Assembly: GCA_025455765.1 (NCBI GenBank)
Contig: JALOLX010000002.1
Span: forward strand, 1 to 30,702
Direction of reading: 5' to 3'
DNA from: Flavobacteriales bacterium
GTDB lineage: Bacteria > Bacteroidota > Bacteroidia > Flavobacteriales_F > PHOS-HE28
DNA length: 30,702 nucleotides
This document shows, piece after piece, positions 1 through 10,775 of this stretch (within the stretch, counting starts at the first letter, position 1; every line of letters begins with the position of its first letter). A program made the position numbers and the translations under genes. The notes under the pieces were generated by a model. That model saw nothing but the letters and a program-made list of their open reading frames with translations. It did not search any database and was not told where the DNA came from.

Positions 1-1
1 A

Positions 2-889
2 GTTTCATTCACCACGATCCCTGCTGTTTGCGCAGGAAGCGCACCCATCGACCTTGGCGCGTTCGCCACACCTGCAGGTGGCACTTGGAGCGGCACCCAA
101 GTGGCCGACAACGCGTTCGATCCTGTATCGGTCGGCACTACAGAATTGAACTACACCTACAGCGATGGGACCTGCACCAACATGATCACGACAAACGTTA
201 CGGTCACCGCTGCACCCGTCGCCAATGCCGGTCCGGATCTGAGCAGCTGCACCGATGAGATCGTGCTGCAAGCGGTACCCGCTCAAGGTGTAGGTACCTG
301 GTCCTTCACGAGCCTGCTTAACCTGAACACAGTGAATGCCGCAGATGCCACGGTAACCTCATCTACGCCAGGCTCCCACGAGCTGGTGTGGACCGTGAAC
401 GATGGCGTGTGCACTGCAGCGGATACCGTGCACATCACCTTCCTCGATCCAGGTACCTCGGCGACCCTGACCTGGAGCGTGATCGAAGGGTCCGCCTCGC
501 TCTACGATGCTTCCCAGCCGGTGGCCTACATCACCGACCTCCTCCCAGGCAACTATACGGTGATGCTTACGGCCAGCTTGTCAGAGTGCTTCAGTCTCAG
601 CGATACCCTGCAGATCACCGTGCTCGACCTCTTCATTCCGGAAGGGTTCTCCCCGAACGATGATGGCGTGAACGACACCTTCCGGATCACTGGTCTGGCG
701 GCTTACCCAGGCGCCAACCTGCAGATCTATGATCGCTGGGGGCTGATGGTGCACGAGAACACCGACTACGCCAATGAATGGAAGGGAACAGGACGCAACG
801 GTCACGACCTGCCGGACGATACCTACTTCTATGTCCTGAACCTTCCTGAGCGAGGCACGTACAAGGGCCACCTCATCATCAAGCGATGA
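2..889 (+). CDS. T9SS type-B (gliding-motility-associated CTD) cargo protein with PKD/Ig-like repeats, 5'-truncated by the window edge
   Basis: Frame is open from base 2 (VSFTTIPAVCAG...). C-terminus LFIPEGFSPNDDGVNDTF...IYDRWG...WKG...DTYFYVL...KGHLIIKR is a typical type-B CTD. Stop overlaps the porP start. Confidence 0.9.
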   Translation, partial: VSFTTIPAVCAGSAPIDLGAFATPAGGTWSGTQVADNAFDPVSVGTTELNYTYSDGTCTNMITTNVTVTAAPVANAGPDLSSCTDEIVLQAVPAQGVGTWSFTSLLNLNTVNAADATVTSSTPGSHELVWTVNDGVCTAADTVHITFLDPGTSATLTWSVIEGSASLYDASQPVAYITDLLPGNYTVMLTASLSECFSLSDTLQITVLDLFIPEGFSPNDDGVNDTFRITGLAAYPGANLQIYDRWGLMVHENTDYANEWKGTGRNGHDLPDDTYFYVLNLPERGTYKGHLIIKR

Positions 890-1809
890 TGGACATGCGG
901 ATCACGCTATCCATAGCTTTTTGTGCCTTCCTGAGCGGGAGCTGGGCCCAACACAGCCCGCTCACGAGCCAGTACCTGTTCAATGGACTGGCGATCAATC
1001 CGGCCTATGCAGGTAGTCGCGATGCCCTTACCACGAACCTCACCTATCGCAAGCAATGGGTGGGGTTCAGCGGTGCGCCTGTCACCCAGATCCTGAGTGT
1101 TCATGCTCCCGTTGCCCGTCGCAAGGTGGGTCTGGGCATCTTGGTGCTCAATGACCGCATCGGCGTCAGCGACCGAACCGGACTTTACACGGCCTATTCC
1201 TACCGTCTGCGCATGCCGAAGGGCAAATTGGCCCTCGGACTCGGCCTGGGAGCCTCCTTGCAGCGCTCGCGCTATTCCGAGGTGGCCATCCAGGACCAGA
1301 GCGACCAAGCCTTTGCCACCGATGTCCGGGGGCGCTTCCTCCCCAATTTCAGCACGGGTGCCTACTATTACAGCAAGCGCTGGTTCGCCGGCCTTTCCTT
1401 GCCGTTCATGCTGATGCGTACATCCGCACAAGGGAACGAAGCAACGGTGCTCAGCCAGCTGGAACTGAACGCACAGCCGATGGCTACCGCAGGGTACCTG
1501 TTCGACCTCTCGGACGACCTCAAACTGAAGCCCACCTTCCTCGCCCGATATCGCATCGAAAGCGGACTGCAGGCCGATCTGTCCTCCAATTTGATCTACA
1601 AGGAACGATTCTGGCTGGGCGCCTCCTATCGAACACAGGACGCTTTCATCGCATCCGTAGAAGTACTTCCAACACCCCAATGGCGCATCGGATATGCCTA
1701 TGACCTGGGGCTTTCGCAACTACGCAGACATCATTTTGGAACCCACGAGGTGATGTTGCAGTATGAGTTCGGGTATCGCATCCGCGTAAAGGACCCCCGC
1801 TACTTCTGA
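886..1809 (+). CDS. PorP/SprF family T9SS outer-membrane beta-barrel (module 1)
   Basis: Signal peptide, QY(L)FNGLAINPAYAG, YRKQWVGFSGAP, GYAYD and C-terminal PRYF. Directly follows a type-B cargo. Confidence 0.93.
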   Translation: MMDMRITLSIAFCAFLSGSWAQHSPLTSQYLFNGLAINPAYAGSRDALTTNLTYRKQWVGFSGAPVTQILSVHAPVARRKVGLGILVLNDRIGVSDRTGLYTAYSYRLRMPKGKLALGLGLGASLQRSRYSEVAIQDQSDQAFATDVRGRFLPNFSTGAYYYSKRWFAGLSLPFMLMRTSAQGNEATVLSQLELNAQPMATAGYLFDLSDDLKLKPTFLARYRIESGLQADLSSNLIYKERFWLGASYRTQDAFIASVEVLPTPQWRIGYAYDLGLSQLRRHHFGTHEVMLQYEFGYRIRVKDPRYF

Positions 1810-1811
1810 TC

Positions 1812-4004
1812 ATGAAGCGCATCGCTCTCCCCCTTCTGATGCTGCTCCTCGCCCGGTCCGCCGGTGCGCAGGAGCTGATCGAAGTGCGCTCCATCGCTAT
1901 CGCCGGTGGTGGCGAGGATTATGCCCCCGTGTGGCTCGATAGTGGATTCGTGATGTGCAGTGTGCGCGAAGCCTCCGGCGCCATCGATTTCCGCGACGCC
2001 GACTCCGGAAAACCCCTTTCAGACCTGTACTGGGTCCCCTATCGCGATGAACAGTGCGGTACACCCGTGCTTTTCAGCGCCGCCCTGGCAAGCCCTGTGA
2101 ACGAAGGGCCGGCCAGTTTCAGTGCCGATGGACGTACCATCTGCTACACGCGCAATCTCGAACTACCAAAGAAACTCTCGAACCTCCGCGGAAAAGCCGC
2201 TCAGTTAGGTCTGTTCTTCTCCACTCAGCAGGACGGCATCTGGCAGGCACCGGTCCCATATCCGTTCAATACGGCGGGGTATACCACCATGCACCCGACC
2301 CTCTCGCCTGACGGTCGCACCGTGATCTTCACGAGCAACCTGGTGAATGGTCAAGGGATGGACCTCTACTTCAGCACCTTTGAGAATGGCGAGTGGACGA
2401 GCCCGGAACCGCTCCAAGGCCAGCTCAACTCCACCTCCAATGAGGTCTATCCGCAACTACAACCCGACGGTTCGCTCGTGTTCGCGTCAGATCGTCCAGG
2501 AGGTCATGGCGGTTTGGACCTCTACCGCAGCGAACGCTACCATGGCCGATGGACACGTCCAGAACTCCTTCCTGCCCCCATCAACAGCGAAGGGAATGAC
2601 GTGAGCTACACCGGTCATCGCAACGGTCGCTCCGCACTGTTCGTGTCGAACCGGGAGGGAACCGACCGCATCTACCACATGGAACGCACGGTGCCCAAGT
2701 TCAGGGAATGCACCGCCCAACAGGATGACAATTTCTGCTACCGCTTCGCCCAACGTGAACGCGCCGTGCCCGCCAGCCTTCCATTGGACCACGTATGGGA
2801 CCTGGGCGATGGCAACCGCATCACCGGGTTGGTGGCCGCGCATTGCTACGAGCGACCCGGCAGCTACGAGATCAAGAGCCTGCTGGTGGACCGCAAGACC
2901 GGCCAAGTGTTCCATACGCTTTCCAGCGAAGTGCTCCATGTGGAACAACGGGTACAAGCCTACATCGCCGTTCCCGATACCGTGCGGACCGGACGTGCTG
3001 TTGTGCTCCGTTCCGATCTCAGCCATACGCCTCATCTGCAGCCCATGGAGTACCATTGGGACCTCGGCGATGGCGCACAGCACAAGGGCCGCACGTTCGC
3101 GCACACCTACAAGACCCCTGGCACATACACGCTCAAGCTCGATGTGCTCGGACAGCCCGGTGCTGATGGTGTGATCCGCAACACCTGCAACACGCGGACC
3201 ATTGTTGTGCTCGACCGCTATCGCGATCAGGAGGACCAGTCCGTGGCAGCTGTCTACCAGGATGCGTTCGGTACCCAACACGCGTTCAGCTACCAGGAAC
3301 TGCCCTTCGATATGACGGAGCTGAACATGGACCTCATTGGTGATGGCACCTTCGCGGTTCAACTGTTCGCCACCCGCGAACGCATGAGCCTCGACGACCC
3401 TCGATTCAGTGAGATCCGCAAGCATTACCCGGTCGTGGAACGCTTCGATCCAGTAACATCCACCTACATCTACTTCGTGGGCGAGGCCAAGACGATGGAA
3501 GAGATGTACGCGGTCTACAAGAAGGTGAAGGAACTCCAGTTCATGGAGGCGGAAGTCTTCGCGCTCAAAGAAGAGAAGCTCATCGACCTCAGCGAACTCG
3601 ACCTCTCCAGCCTGGCTGATCTGAACCACAAGAAGGTGCGGACCAGCGCGATCCACTTCGCCTACAAGAGCGCTGCGCTCGACTCCGCCTCCTTCCCCGT
3701 ACTGGAGCAGATGCAGAAGCTCCTTCAACAGCACTCCAACCTCTCGCTGGTCATCGAAGCACATACGGATGACATCGGCGGACGCTCCTACAACTTGGAC
3801 CTGTCCCAGCAGCGCGCCAATGGCGTGGTGGACTTCCTCGTCCAGCGTGGTATTCCAAGCGACCGTCTCGTACCGATCGGCCATGGCAAGAACCAACCCA
3901 TCGCCTCGAACAAGAGCGAGATCGGACGCGCCAAGAACCGACGCGTGGAATTCCGCATGGTGGTGAAGGACGAAGCCGCCGCACTCCTCCGCGGAACCCC
4001 CTAA
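1812..4004 (+). CDS. OmpA-family periplasmic protein with PD40 repeats and two PKD domains (PorE-like, module 1)
   Basis: PD40 motifs (PTLSPDGRTVIFTSN, LVFASDRPGGHGGLDLY), PKD motifs (WDLGDG twice) and a C-terminal OmpA domain (EAHTDDIGGRSYNLDLSQQRA...KNRRVEF). Confidence 0.88.
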   Translation: MKRIALPLLMLLLARSAGAQELIEVRSIAIAGGGEDYAPVWLDSGFVMCSVREASGAIDFRDADSGKPLSDLYWVPYRDEQCGTPVLFSAALASPVNEGPASFSADGRTICYTRNLELPKKLSNLRGKAAQLGLFFSTQQDGIWQAPVPYPFNTAGYTTMHPTLSPDGRTVIFTSNLVNGQGMDLYFSTFENGEWTSPEPLQGQLNSTSNEVYPQLQPDGSLVFASDRPGGHGGLDLYRSERYHGRWTRPELLPAPINSEGNDVSYTGHRNGRSALFVSNREGTDRIYHMERTVPKFRECTAQQDDNFCYRFAQRERAVPASLPLDHVWDLGDGNRITGLVAAHCYERPGSYEIKSLLVDRKTGQVFHTLSSEVLHVEQRVQAYIAVPDTVRTGRAVVLRSDLSHTPHLQPMEYHWDLGDGAQHKGRTFAHTYKTPGTYTLKLDVLGQPGADGVIRNTCNTRTIVVLDRYRDQEDQSVAAVYQDAFGTQHAFSYQELPFDMTELNMDLIGDGTFAVQLFATRERMSLDDPRFSEIRKHYPVVERFDPVTSTYIYFVGEAKTMEEMYAVYKKVKELQFMEAEVFALKEEKLIDLSELDLSSLADLNHKKVRTSAIHFAYKSAALDSASFPVLEQMQKLLQQHSNLSLVIEAHTDDIGGRSYNLDLSQQRANGVVDFLVQRGIPSDRLVPIGHGKNQPIASNKSEIGRAKNRRVEFRMVVKDEAAALLRGTP

Positions 4005-4035
4005 AGCCCGCCCCAGCCCGTATCTTCGGCGCTCC

Positions 4036-7000
4036 ATGCGAGCGCTCCGTTCTGCCCTGTTTGCCGTGCTCCTGTTCGTGGGTCCTGCGAGCGCGGCACA
4101 AGCGGTCCAAGCCCTGGAGAACCGCGGTCAATGGCCCAACGAGGTGAAGTTCCGTACCGAACTGAACGGGGCGGTGCTCTGGTTCGAGGAGCGTTCCGTG
4201 GTAATGGATCTATTTGATGCCAACGCAGCAGCCAGCGCGCATGGCAACATCGCAGTACGACCTCGAGGCACCATCGACCGACACGCCGTAAGACTGCGCT
4301 TCCTATCCGCCACACAGAACTCCTCGTGTACAGCGGACAGTCTCCGTCCTGGGATCCATCACTTCCTCCTCGGCGATCGGCCTGAGCACCATGCGCGTGA
4401 CGTTCGCGCTTTCGCCCGTATCCGCTACAGCAACGTGGCGCCCGGATGTGATGCGGTGTTCCACACGGACCGCGCCGCCGCCAAGTACGACCTGCTCGTC
4501 CATCCCGGTGCCGATCCCGAAGCCATCCGCTTCACCTATGAGGGCGCTGATGAGATCAGCATCAGAGGAGCCTCCCTCGTGGTCAACACCAGCTTGGGGC
4601 GCATCACCGAACACATTCCCATCGCCTATCAGACCATCGCTGGCGAACATGTGCCCGTGCGCTGCGCCTACATCCAACGCAAGGATGGCATCGGATTCTC
4701 GCTGGGCCAGTATGACCGGTCGCTGCCACTGGTGATCGACCCTACGCTCGCCTTTGCCACGTATTCCGGGTCGTTCAGCAACAACTTCGGCTACACCGCC
4801 ACCTTCGATCGGGCGGGGTTCCTCTACGCCGGAAGCACCGCTTTCGGCAACCAATACCCCGTCACCCTGGGCGCCTATCAAGCTGCGTTCGCCGGGGGCA
4901 TCGGTCAGGGGAACAACGGCGGCACCGATATCGTCATCACCAAATACGATACCACGGGCAGCTTCCTGGTGTGGAGCACGTACCTCGGCGGCGCGCGTGA
5001 TGAGATGCCCCACAGCCTGATCGTCGATGACAACGACGAGCTCCTCGTCCTCGGCACCACCGGCTCATCGAATTTCCCCATGGCACCATCAGCGTACGAC
5101 AACACCTTCGCGGGCGGTGCTGCCATCACGCCGTCCGGCCTCGGTGTGTCGTTCCCCACAGGCACCGATATGGTCGTGGCCAGGCTCAGCTCAACTGGTG
5201 GTGCATTGCTCGGCTCTACATACCTCGGCGGTGCAGCCAACGACGGACTGAACACCGCACCGGGTCTGCGCTTCAACTATGCGGATGAGGTCCGTGGCGA
5301 AGTGCTGCTCGACGCGCAAGGACGTGTATGGGTGGTGAGCTGCACCCAAAGCACCAATGCACCAGTGACCGCAGATGCCCTGTTCGCCTCGTTCCAAGGG
5401 GGCGCTCAGGATGGCTATGTGGCGCGCTTCAATGCGCAGCTGACCGAGCTGCAGTTCGCCAGCTACATCGGTGGTTCGGCAGCGGACGCTTGTTACAACG
5501 GCGCGTTCGATGGCAGTGGAAGCCTGTTCATCACCGGAGGAACGGCAAGCAGTGACCTCCCATCTTCAACAGATGCCGCGCAGCCCCTCATCGCAGGCGG
5601 CCCAGCTGATGCCTTCGCCGCGCGCATCTCCACCGCACCCTTCACCTTGGATGCGCTCAGCTATTGGGGCTCCACCGGCTATGACCAGAGCTACTTCGTG
5701 GAATGCGACACGGAAGGGAACGTCTTCCTGTTCGGGCAGACCAATGCGCCCAGTGGAGCACTGATCGTGGACGCGAACTACCAGATACCGAGCGGCGGGC
5801 AATTCATCACCAAGCTGAACAACGACCTTTCCACCGTGCTGCTCAGCACCAGAACGGGTCGTGGCGATGGTGATCCGGACATCTCGCCCACCGCGTTCCT
5901 CGTGGATGTGTGCAACAAGATCTATACCAGCGGCTGGGGTAGTTCCCCCGGACTGGGCGGGAACCTCACCACGCAAGGACTGCCTGTTACAGCCGATGCA
6001 CACCAGACCATCACGGATGGCAACGACCTCTACCTCGCCGTGTTCGACATCGACATGAGCGCGTTGATCTATGCCACCTACTATGGCGGCGGGCTCAGCC
6101 CCGAACATGTGGACGGCGGCACCAGTCGGTTCGATCGCAGGGGGCGCGTGTACCAGAGCGTATGCGCAGGATGCCAGAACAACGATGACTTTCCCACTTC
6201 ACCCGGTGCTTGGAGCGCAACCAACAACAGTGCCGGCTGCAACAACGGTGTGCTGAAGTTCGATTTCGATGCGCCCCTCGTCATCGCCGCCTTCCAAGCA
6301 GCCGATACCGTTTGTGCACCCGGTAGCGTGGCCCTCATCAACCAGAGCAGCGGTGCGGCCAGCTACGCGTGGGACTTTGGTGACGGCAGCACCTCCACCG
6401 CCAGTACACCCGAACATACCTATGCCGTACCGGGAACCTATACCATCCGACTGATCGCTCGCAACGACAATGCCTGCAACCTGGCTGATACGGCCTTCCG
6501 CGAAGTGACGATCCTGCCACAGGCACCTCCGGTCACAGCCATGAACGACACGCTCATCTGTGGGCCGATCGCTGCGTTCGACCTGATCGCTGCGAGCAAC
6601 GGCACCGCTTCGTTCTGGCAGTGGAGCACGAGCCACGCCTTCTCGGATGTCCTCAACAGCAGCCCGGCAGACAGCACCGCCACCATCGCACCGGCCGTAA
6701 GCGGCACCTACTACGTGCGCGTCGGTAACGGACCGGTGTGTCGCGCGATCGATAGCGTGCAGGTCATCGTATCGCTCGGGAACATCGCAGTGGTGGGCGG
6801 CGGTGGCATCTGCACCGGCGACACCATCACACTCTCCGTGCTCGGTGCCGATGCAGGCTCGACCTTCAGTTGGGAACCGGCCGACGAAGTGATCACTGGC
6901 GCCGGGACCGCCAACATCCGCGTAGCACCGACCAACGCCATCACCTTTGGTGTATCGGTCGTTGCACCCAGCGGCTGCGCTTGGAGCGGTGAGGCCTCGA

Positions 7001-7490
7001 TCACCGTATCACCCATTGTCGCCACCACCGTTCAAGCAAGTGGTGACCCACTGCTGATCCTGCCCGGTGGCACCACGCAGTTGAATGCGTTGCCCATAGG
7101 ACCAGGCATCACCTACAACTGGTCGCCTTTCGGCCCGCTCAACAACAGCAGCATCCCCAACCCCATAGCCACCCTGCAAGAGACCACACTGTTCACAGCA
7201 ACCATCACCGACGGGGTCTGTACCAAGAGCGATACGGTGCTCATCAAGGTCCATGAACTGGTCTGTGGCTTCCCGGACATCTTCGTTCCGAACACCTTCA
7301 CGCCCAACGCGGACGGGACCAACGACCTGCTCTTCGTGCGTGGCAATAACATCCAGCGTCTGGAATTCCTGGTGTTCGATCGTTCAAGGGACTGCCGGTC
7401 GACCCGGCCGTGTTCGTCTATCACCTCACCGTGGATTGCGGTGATGGTCAGCACTACTTCACCAAAGGCAACGTGTCCGTGATCCGATGA
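4036..7490 (+). pseudogene. T9SS type-B cargo (SBBP/beta-propeller repeats, PKD, Ig-like) with a frameshifted, internally deleted CTD; the ORF as called ends at 7482
   Basis: The CTD starts normally (IFVPNTFTPNADGTNDLLFVRG...EFLVFDR). The rest (FKGLPVDPAVFVYHLTVDCGDGQHYFTKGNVSVIR*) lies in another frame, 7383-7490. The expected WG...GWDG segment is absent from both frames. Confidence 0.8.
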
Positions 7491-8557
7491 AGCAGCAGGC
7501 CGGTCAATACATGCATACAGATGCCCGACGAAGCCGGCATCTTGGGTTGCATGTCCTTGTTGCGCTGTTGCTCATCTCCGCTGCGCATACTTCGCATGTG
7601 CGTGCCCAGGACATCCACTTCTCCCAGTTCTTCCATGCTCCATTAGCCTTGGGCCCGGGCTTCATCGGTGCGTTCGATGGCACCCATCGGTTCAACGCCA
7701 TCCATCGCCAACAGTGGCGCGCTGTCACCGTTCCCTATCGCACCTTCGGGCTGGGCTGGGATCACCGCATTCCATGGCGTGGACAACGGCTCGGTGTGGG
7801 AGCTTGGACCTACAACGACCGCGCGGGGGACAGCCGCTTGAACACCTTCCATTTCAGCCTCGGTGTGAACTGGACCCAACCCCTGGACAAGGCCGCTGAA
7901 CACACCCTCAGCGTCGGTGGTCTGCTAGGCTTCAGCTCACGTTCACTCGACCGCTCCGACCTCAGCTTCGACGCCCAGTACAATGGCTTCTTCTTCGACC
8001 CACAGCGGCCTACCGGCGAAGGATCTCAGCGGGATGCCATGATGCACACCGACCTGCATGCCGGTGTCCGATACCGCTGGATCAGATCGTCGAGAAGCGA
8101 TGTGCAAGTGGGGGCTTCGTTCTTCAACCTCACCTCCCCTCGTATCGGCTTTCTTGGCGATCCCGGAGAACCGCTGGACCGTCGGCTGGACCTTCACGTG
8201 CTGACCACGTTCCCTTTGGGCGACAAGCTGGATGTACTGCCGGTGGCCCGATACATGCGCCAAGGCACCTTCCAGGAATTCGACCTGGGCGCCGACCTCC
8301 GTCACACGCTGTTGCATCGCTACGGCCTGCATCGCGCCCTGCGCATAGGACTCTACCTCCGGGCACGCGATGCCGGTTACGCCCATGCCGCACTCGAATA
8401 CGACGACTGGACCTTTGGGCTCAGTTACGATGTGAACACCAGTCGCCTGGTGCCAGCGAGCCGCTACCGGGGCGGTGTGGAGCTGAGCGCGATCTATATC
8501 CTACGCCCCAAAGCGGCCATCCCTGAGCGCTACCGTGCATGTCCAGACCAACGATGA
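7487..8557 (+). CDS. PorP/SprF family T9SS membrane protein (module 2)
   Basis: AQDIHFSQFFHAPLALGP, HRQQWRAVTVPYRT and FGLSYDVNTS motifs. ATGA overlap with the reconstructed cargo stop at 7488-7490. A downstream ATG is an alternative start. Confidence 0.9.
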   Translation: MKQQAGQYMHTDARRSRHLGLHVLVALLLISAAHTSHVRAQDIHFSQFFHAPLALGPGFIGAFDGTHRFNAIHRQQWRAVTVPYRTFGLGWDHRIPWRGQRLGVGAWTYNDRAGDSRLNTFHFSLGVNWTQPLDKAAEHTLSVGGLLGFSSRSLDRSDLSFDAQYNGFFFDPQRPTGEGSQRDAMMHTDLHAGVRYRWIRSSRSDVQVGASFFNLTSPRIGFLGDPGEPLDRRLDLHVLTTFPLGDKLDVLPVARYMRQGTFQEFDLGADLRHTLLHRYGLHRALRIGLYLRARDAGYAHAALEYDDWTFGLSYDVNTSRLVPASRYRGGVELSAIYILRPKAAIPERYRACPDQR

Positions 8558-10770
8558 TGCGAAGCCTGACGCTCCTGCTGTTCACCATCGCCGCCAATGC
8601 CGGTCTGCGGGCGCAATCGGTCCAACAATGGCTGCGCTGGGGCGACGCCGCCATGGCTGCTGCCGACTACGCCAGCGCATGTCGCTACTACGAAGGTGCC
8701 TTGGACGCTGCACCGGGACGCATGGCCATCCAATGGTCCCTGGCCACTGCCTATCGCAACGACCGCCAGTATGTACCGGCAGCCACCCTGTACGAACGGG
8801 TGTTCTTCAAGGACCAGGGGCGCACCTATCCCGATGCCCTGCGCTGGTTGGCAGAAATGCAGCTCAGCAGTGGAGATACCGAGAAGGCCCGCGCCACTTG
8901 GGAGCGCCTTCGCAGCACGACCAAGGACCCCATCGTTCGAGAACGGGCCGATAACGCACTGAGCGGACTGGACCTTGCGGCGCGCTTCAGGCAACGTCCG
9001 GATAGTGTGGTGCTTTCCCTTCTGCCTGCTCCGATCAATGGTCCCAACACTTCGTTCGCACCACGCATCGGTCCCGATAGTGCCCTCTACTTCACTGCAC
9101 TGAACGTCACTACGACATCTGATGACGTAGTGGTGGACACCTTGAACTACGGCACCCGCATCTATCGCAGCACGGCACAGAATGAAGTTTGGTCGACCCC
9201 GATGCCGGCTCTGCCTTTCACCTCGCGCGGAGATATCGCCAACAGCGCCTGGTCCATGGATGGTCGGCGCATCTACTTCACGCAATGCGCGCATGCTGAC
9301 AGTTGCACCATCATGGTGGCCGAACGCAATGGAGCGCACTGGAACATCCATCCCTTGGAAGGCTTGGGGGAAGGATACGCCACACAACCCTGCGTGGTGG
9401 AATGGGACCAGCGCGAAATGCTCCTCTTCGTGCGTGGCGCAACGGACGTTGGCGGCGGCACGGACATCTGGCAAGCGCGCCTGGTGGATGGACGCGCGGT
9501 GGAACTACAACCGGTCACAGGTGGCGTAAACACACCGGGCAACGAGCGCAGCCCGTGGTTCGATGTGCGCCGGAACGAGCTTTGGTTCAGCTCGGACCAC
9601 CTGCCAGGACTGGGCGGATACGATGTCTTTGTGGCACGCTTCGAGAACGATGTGTTCAGTACACCGGTCAATCCGGGAACACCCTTCAACAGCCCACAGA
9701 ACGACCTCTACCCGTTCATTGATGCAACCACCGGCGAAGGCTGGCTCAGCAGCGATCGGCCGACCACCGGAACAGCGATGGACAAGCAGTGCTGCAGCCG
9801 GATCTACCGTTGGCTGCCCCCGGAACAGCCCCGTGCAGATAGCATCGCCACGGAACTCAATGCCACGACCAACGCGGTCCAAGCCCTGCTCGCCTTGCGC
9901 GATCAGCTTCCCCTGCACCTCTATTTCCACAACGACGAACCGGGCCCGCGCAGCACGATGCGGACCACTGCGCTCACCTATTCGCAGACGCTCGGATCCT
10001 ACCGTGACCAGCTCGACACCTACCAGCGCCTGGCTCCTGACACTGCAGCGTTCGCCGCCTTCTGGAACGACCATGTGCTTCAAGGCGCCTTGGACCTGCA
10101 GCGCTTGGTCGAAGCCCTGTTCCCGGTGCTTGAACAAGGTCGGTCGGTGGTGCTGGAGGTGCGTGGCCATGCCAGTCCGCTGGCCGTGAACGACTACAAC
10201 GCGCGGCTCTCCGAACGCCGCATCGCCAGCCTGCGCAACGAAATGGAGGTGGCGCTCAAGGGTGCCTTGAAGCCCTACCTGTTGGGCACGGCCAGCAATG
10301 GCGCCCGGCTCGAACTGCGCACACTACCCTTCGGAGAGGAAGAAGCCGACCGTGCCGTCAGCGACCAATTGACGGACCTTTCACGGTCTGTGTACAGCGT
10401 GGCGGCCGCGCGCGAACGACGCATCGACGTGCTCGGCATCGATGTGGCCGCCACCGTAGAACGCACCGATAGTGTGCTGCAGCTGGTGAAGGAACTGGGC
10501 GCGATCCGTCAGGACCAGCCCCAGCGCATCACCTTCCGCGTAGCGAACACCAGCCATCGACCACTGAAGTTGGTAGACAGCGACGCCGATTGCGGCTGCA
10601 CCACGGCTGTGCTACCTGCTTCAGCCATCCCCCCGGGAGCATCGGTCGACCTGGTCATCGACTTCAGTGGCCGCGCTCCGCAGGGACCGCTCAGCCGTCA
10701 TGTGCGCATCACCACCGATGGGACGCCCCAACGGGTGGAGTTGACCATCACCGGCACCGTGGTACCTTAG
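8554..10770 (+). CDS. TPR + PD40 + degenerate OmpA-like + C-terminal Ig-like (DUF1573-like) protein (PorE-like, module 2)
   Basis: Signal peptide, TPR helices, PD40 (WFSSDHLPGLGGYDVF), OmpA-like GHASPLAVNDYNARLSERRI, and C-terminal DADCGCTTA typical of DUF1573. Start placed at the ATG overlapping the upstream stop (8554 or 8557). Confidence 0.8.
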   Translation: MMRSLTLLLFTIAANAGLRAQSVQQWLRWGDAAMAAADYASACRYYEGALDAAPGRMAIQWSLATAYRNDRQYVPAATLYERVFFKDQGRTYPDALRWLAEMQLSSGDTEKARATWERLRSTTKDPIVRERADNALSGLDLAARFRQRPDSVVLSLLPAPINGPNTSFAPRIGPDSALYFTALNVTTTSDDVVVDTLNYGTRIYRSTAQNEVWSTPMPALPFTSRGDIANSAWSMDGRRIYFTQCAHADSCTIMVAERNGAHWNIHPLEGLGEGYATQPCVVEWDQREMLLFVRGATDVGGGTDIWQARLVDGRAVELQPVTGGVNTPGNERSPWFDVRRNELWFSSDHLPGLGGYDVFVARFENDVFSTPVNPGTPFNSPQNDLYPFIDATTGEGWLSSDRPTTGTAMDKQCCSRIYRWLPPEQPRADSIATELNATTNAVQALLALRDQLPLHLYFHNDEPGPRSTMRTTALTYSQTLGSYRDQLDTYQRLAPDTAAFAAFWNDHVLQGALDLQRLVEALFPVLEQGRSVVLEVRGHASPLAVNDYNARLSERRIASLRNEMEVALKGALKPYLLGTASNGARLELRTLPFGEEEADRAVSDQLTDLSRSVYSVAAARERRIDVLGIDVAATVERTDSVLQLVKELGAIRQDQPQRITFRVANTSHRPLKLVDSDADCGCTTAVLPASAIPPGASVDLVIDFSGRAPQGPLSRHVRITTDGTPQRVELTITGTVVP

Positions 10771-10775
10771 GCCGC

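Noticed and set aside
2487-4037. Long antisense ORFs (516 aa here; also 11582-12634, 14326-15477, 19799-21139, 22205-23743, 23909-25393)
   Set aside because: They mirror well-supported sense genes, carry no recognisable motifs, and are expected shadows of high-GC3 coding sequence.
7378-7390. Programmed ribosomal frameshift restoring the cargo CTD
   Set aside because: No slippery sequence is present, and the conserved WG...GWDG residues are missing from both frames, so a shift would not rebuild the domain.
10590-10775. N-terminal extensions in the ORF track (pepE from 10590, speA from 12810, DHS from 14218, ABC ATPase from 21519)
   Set aside because: The extensions overlap upstream genes or intergenic elements. 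Family-typical N-termini begin at 10776, 12912, 14395 and 21687.
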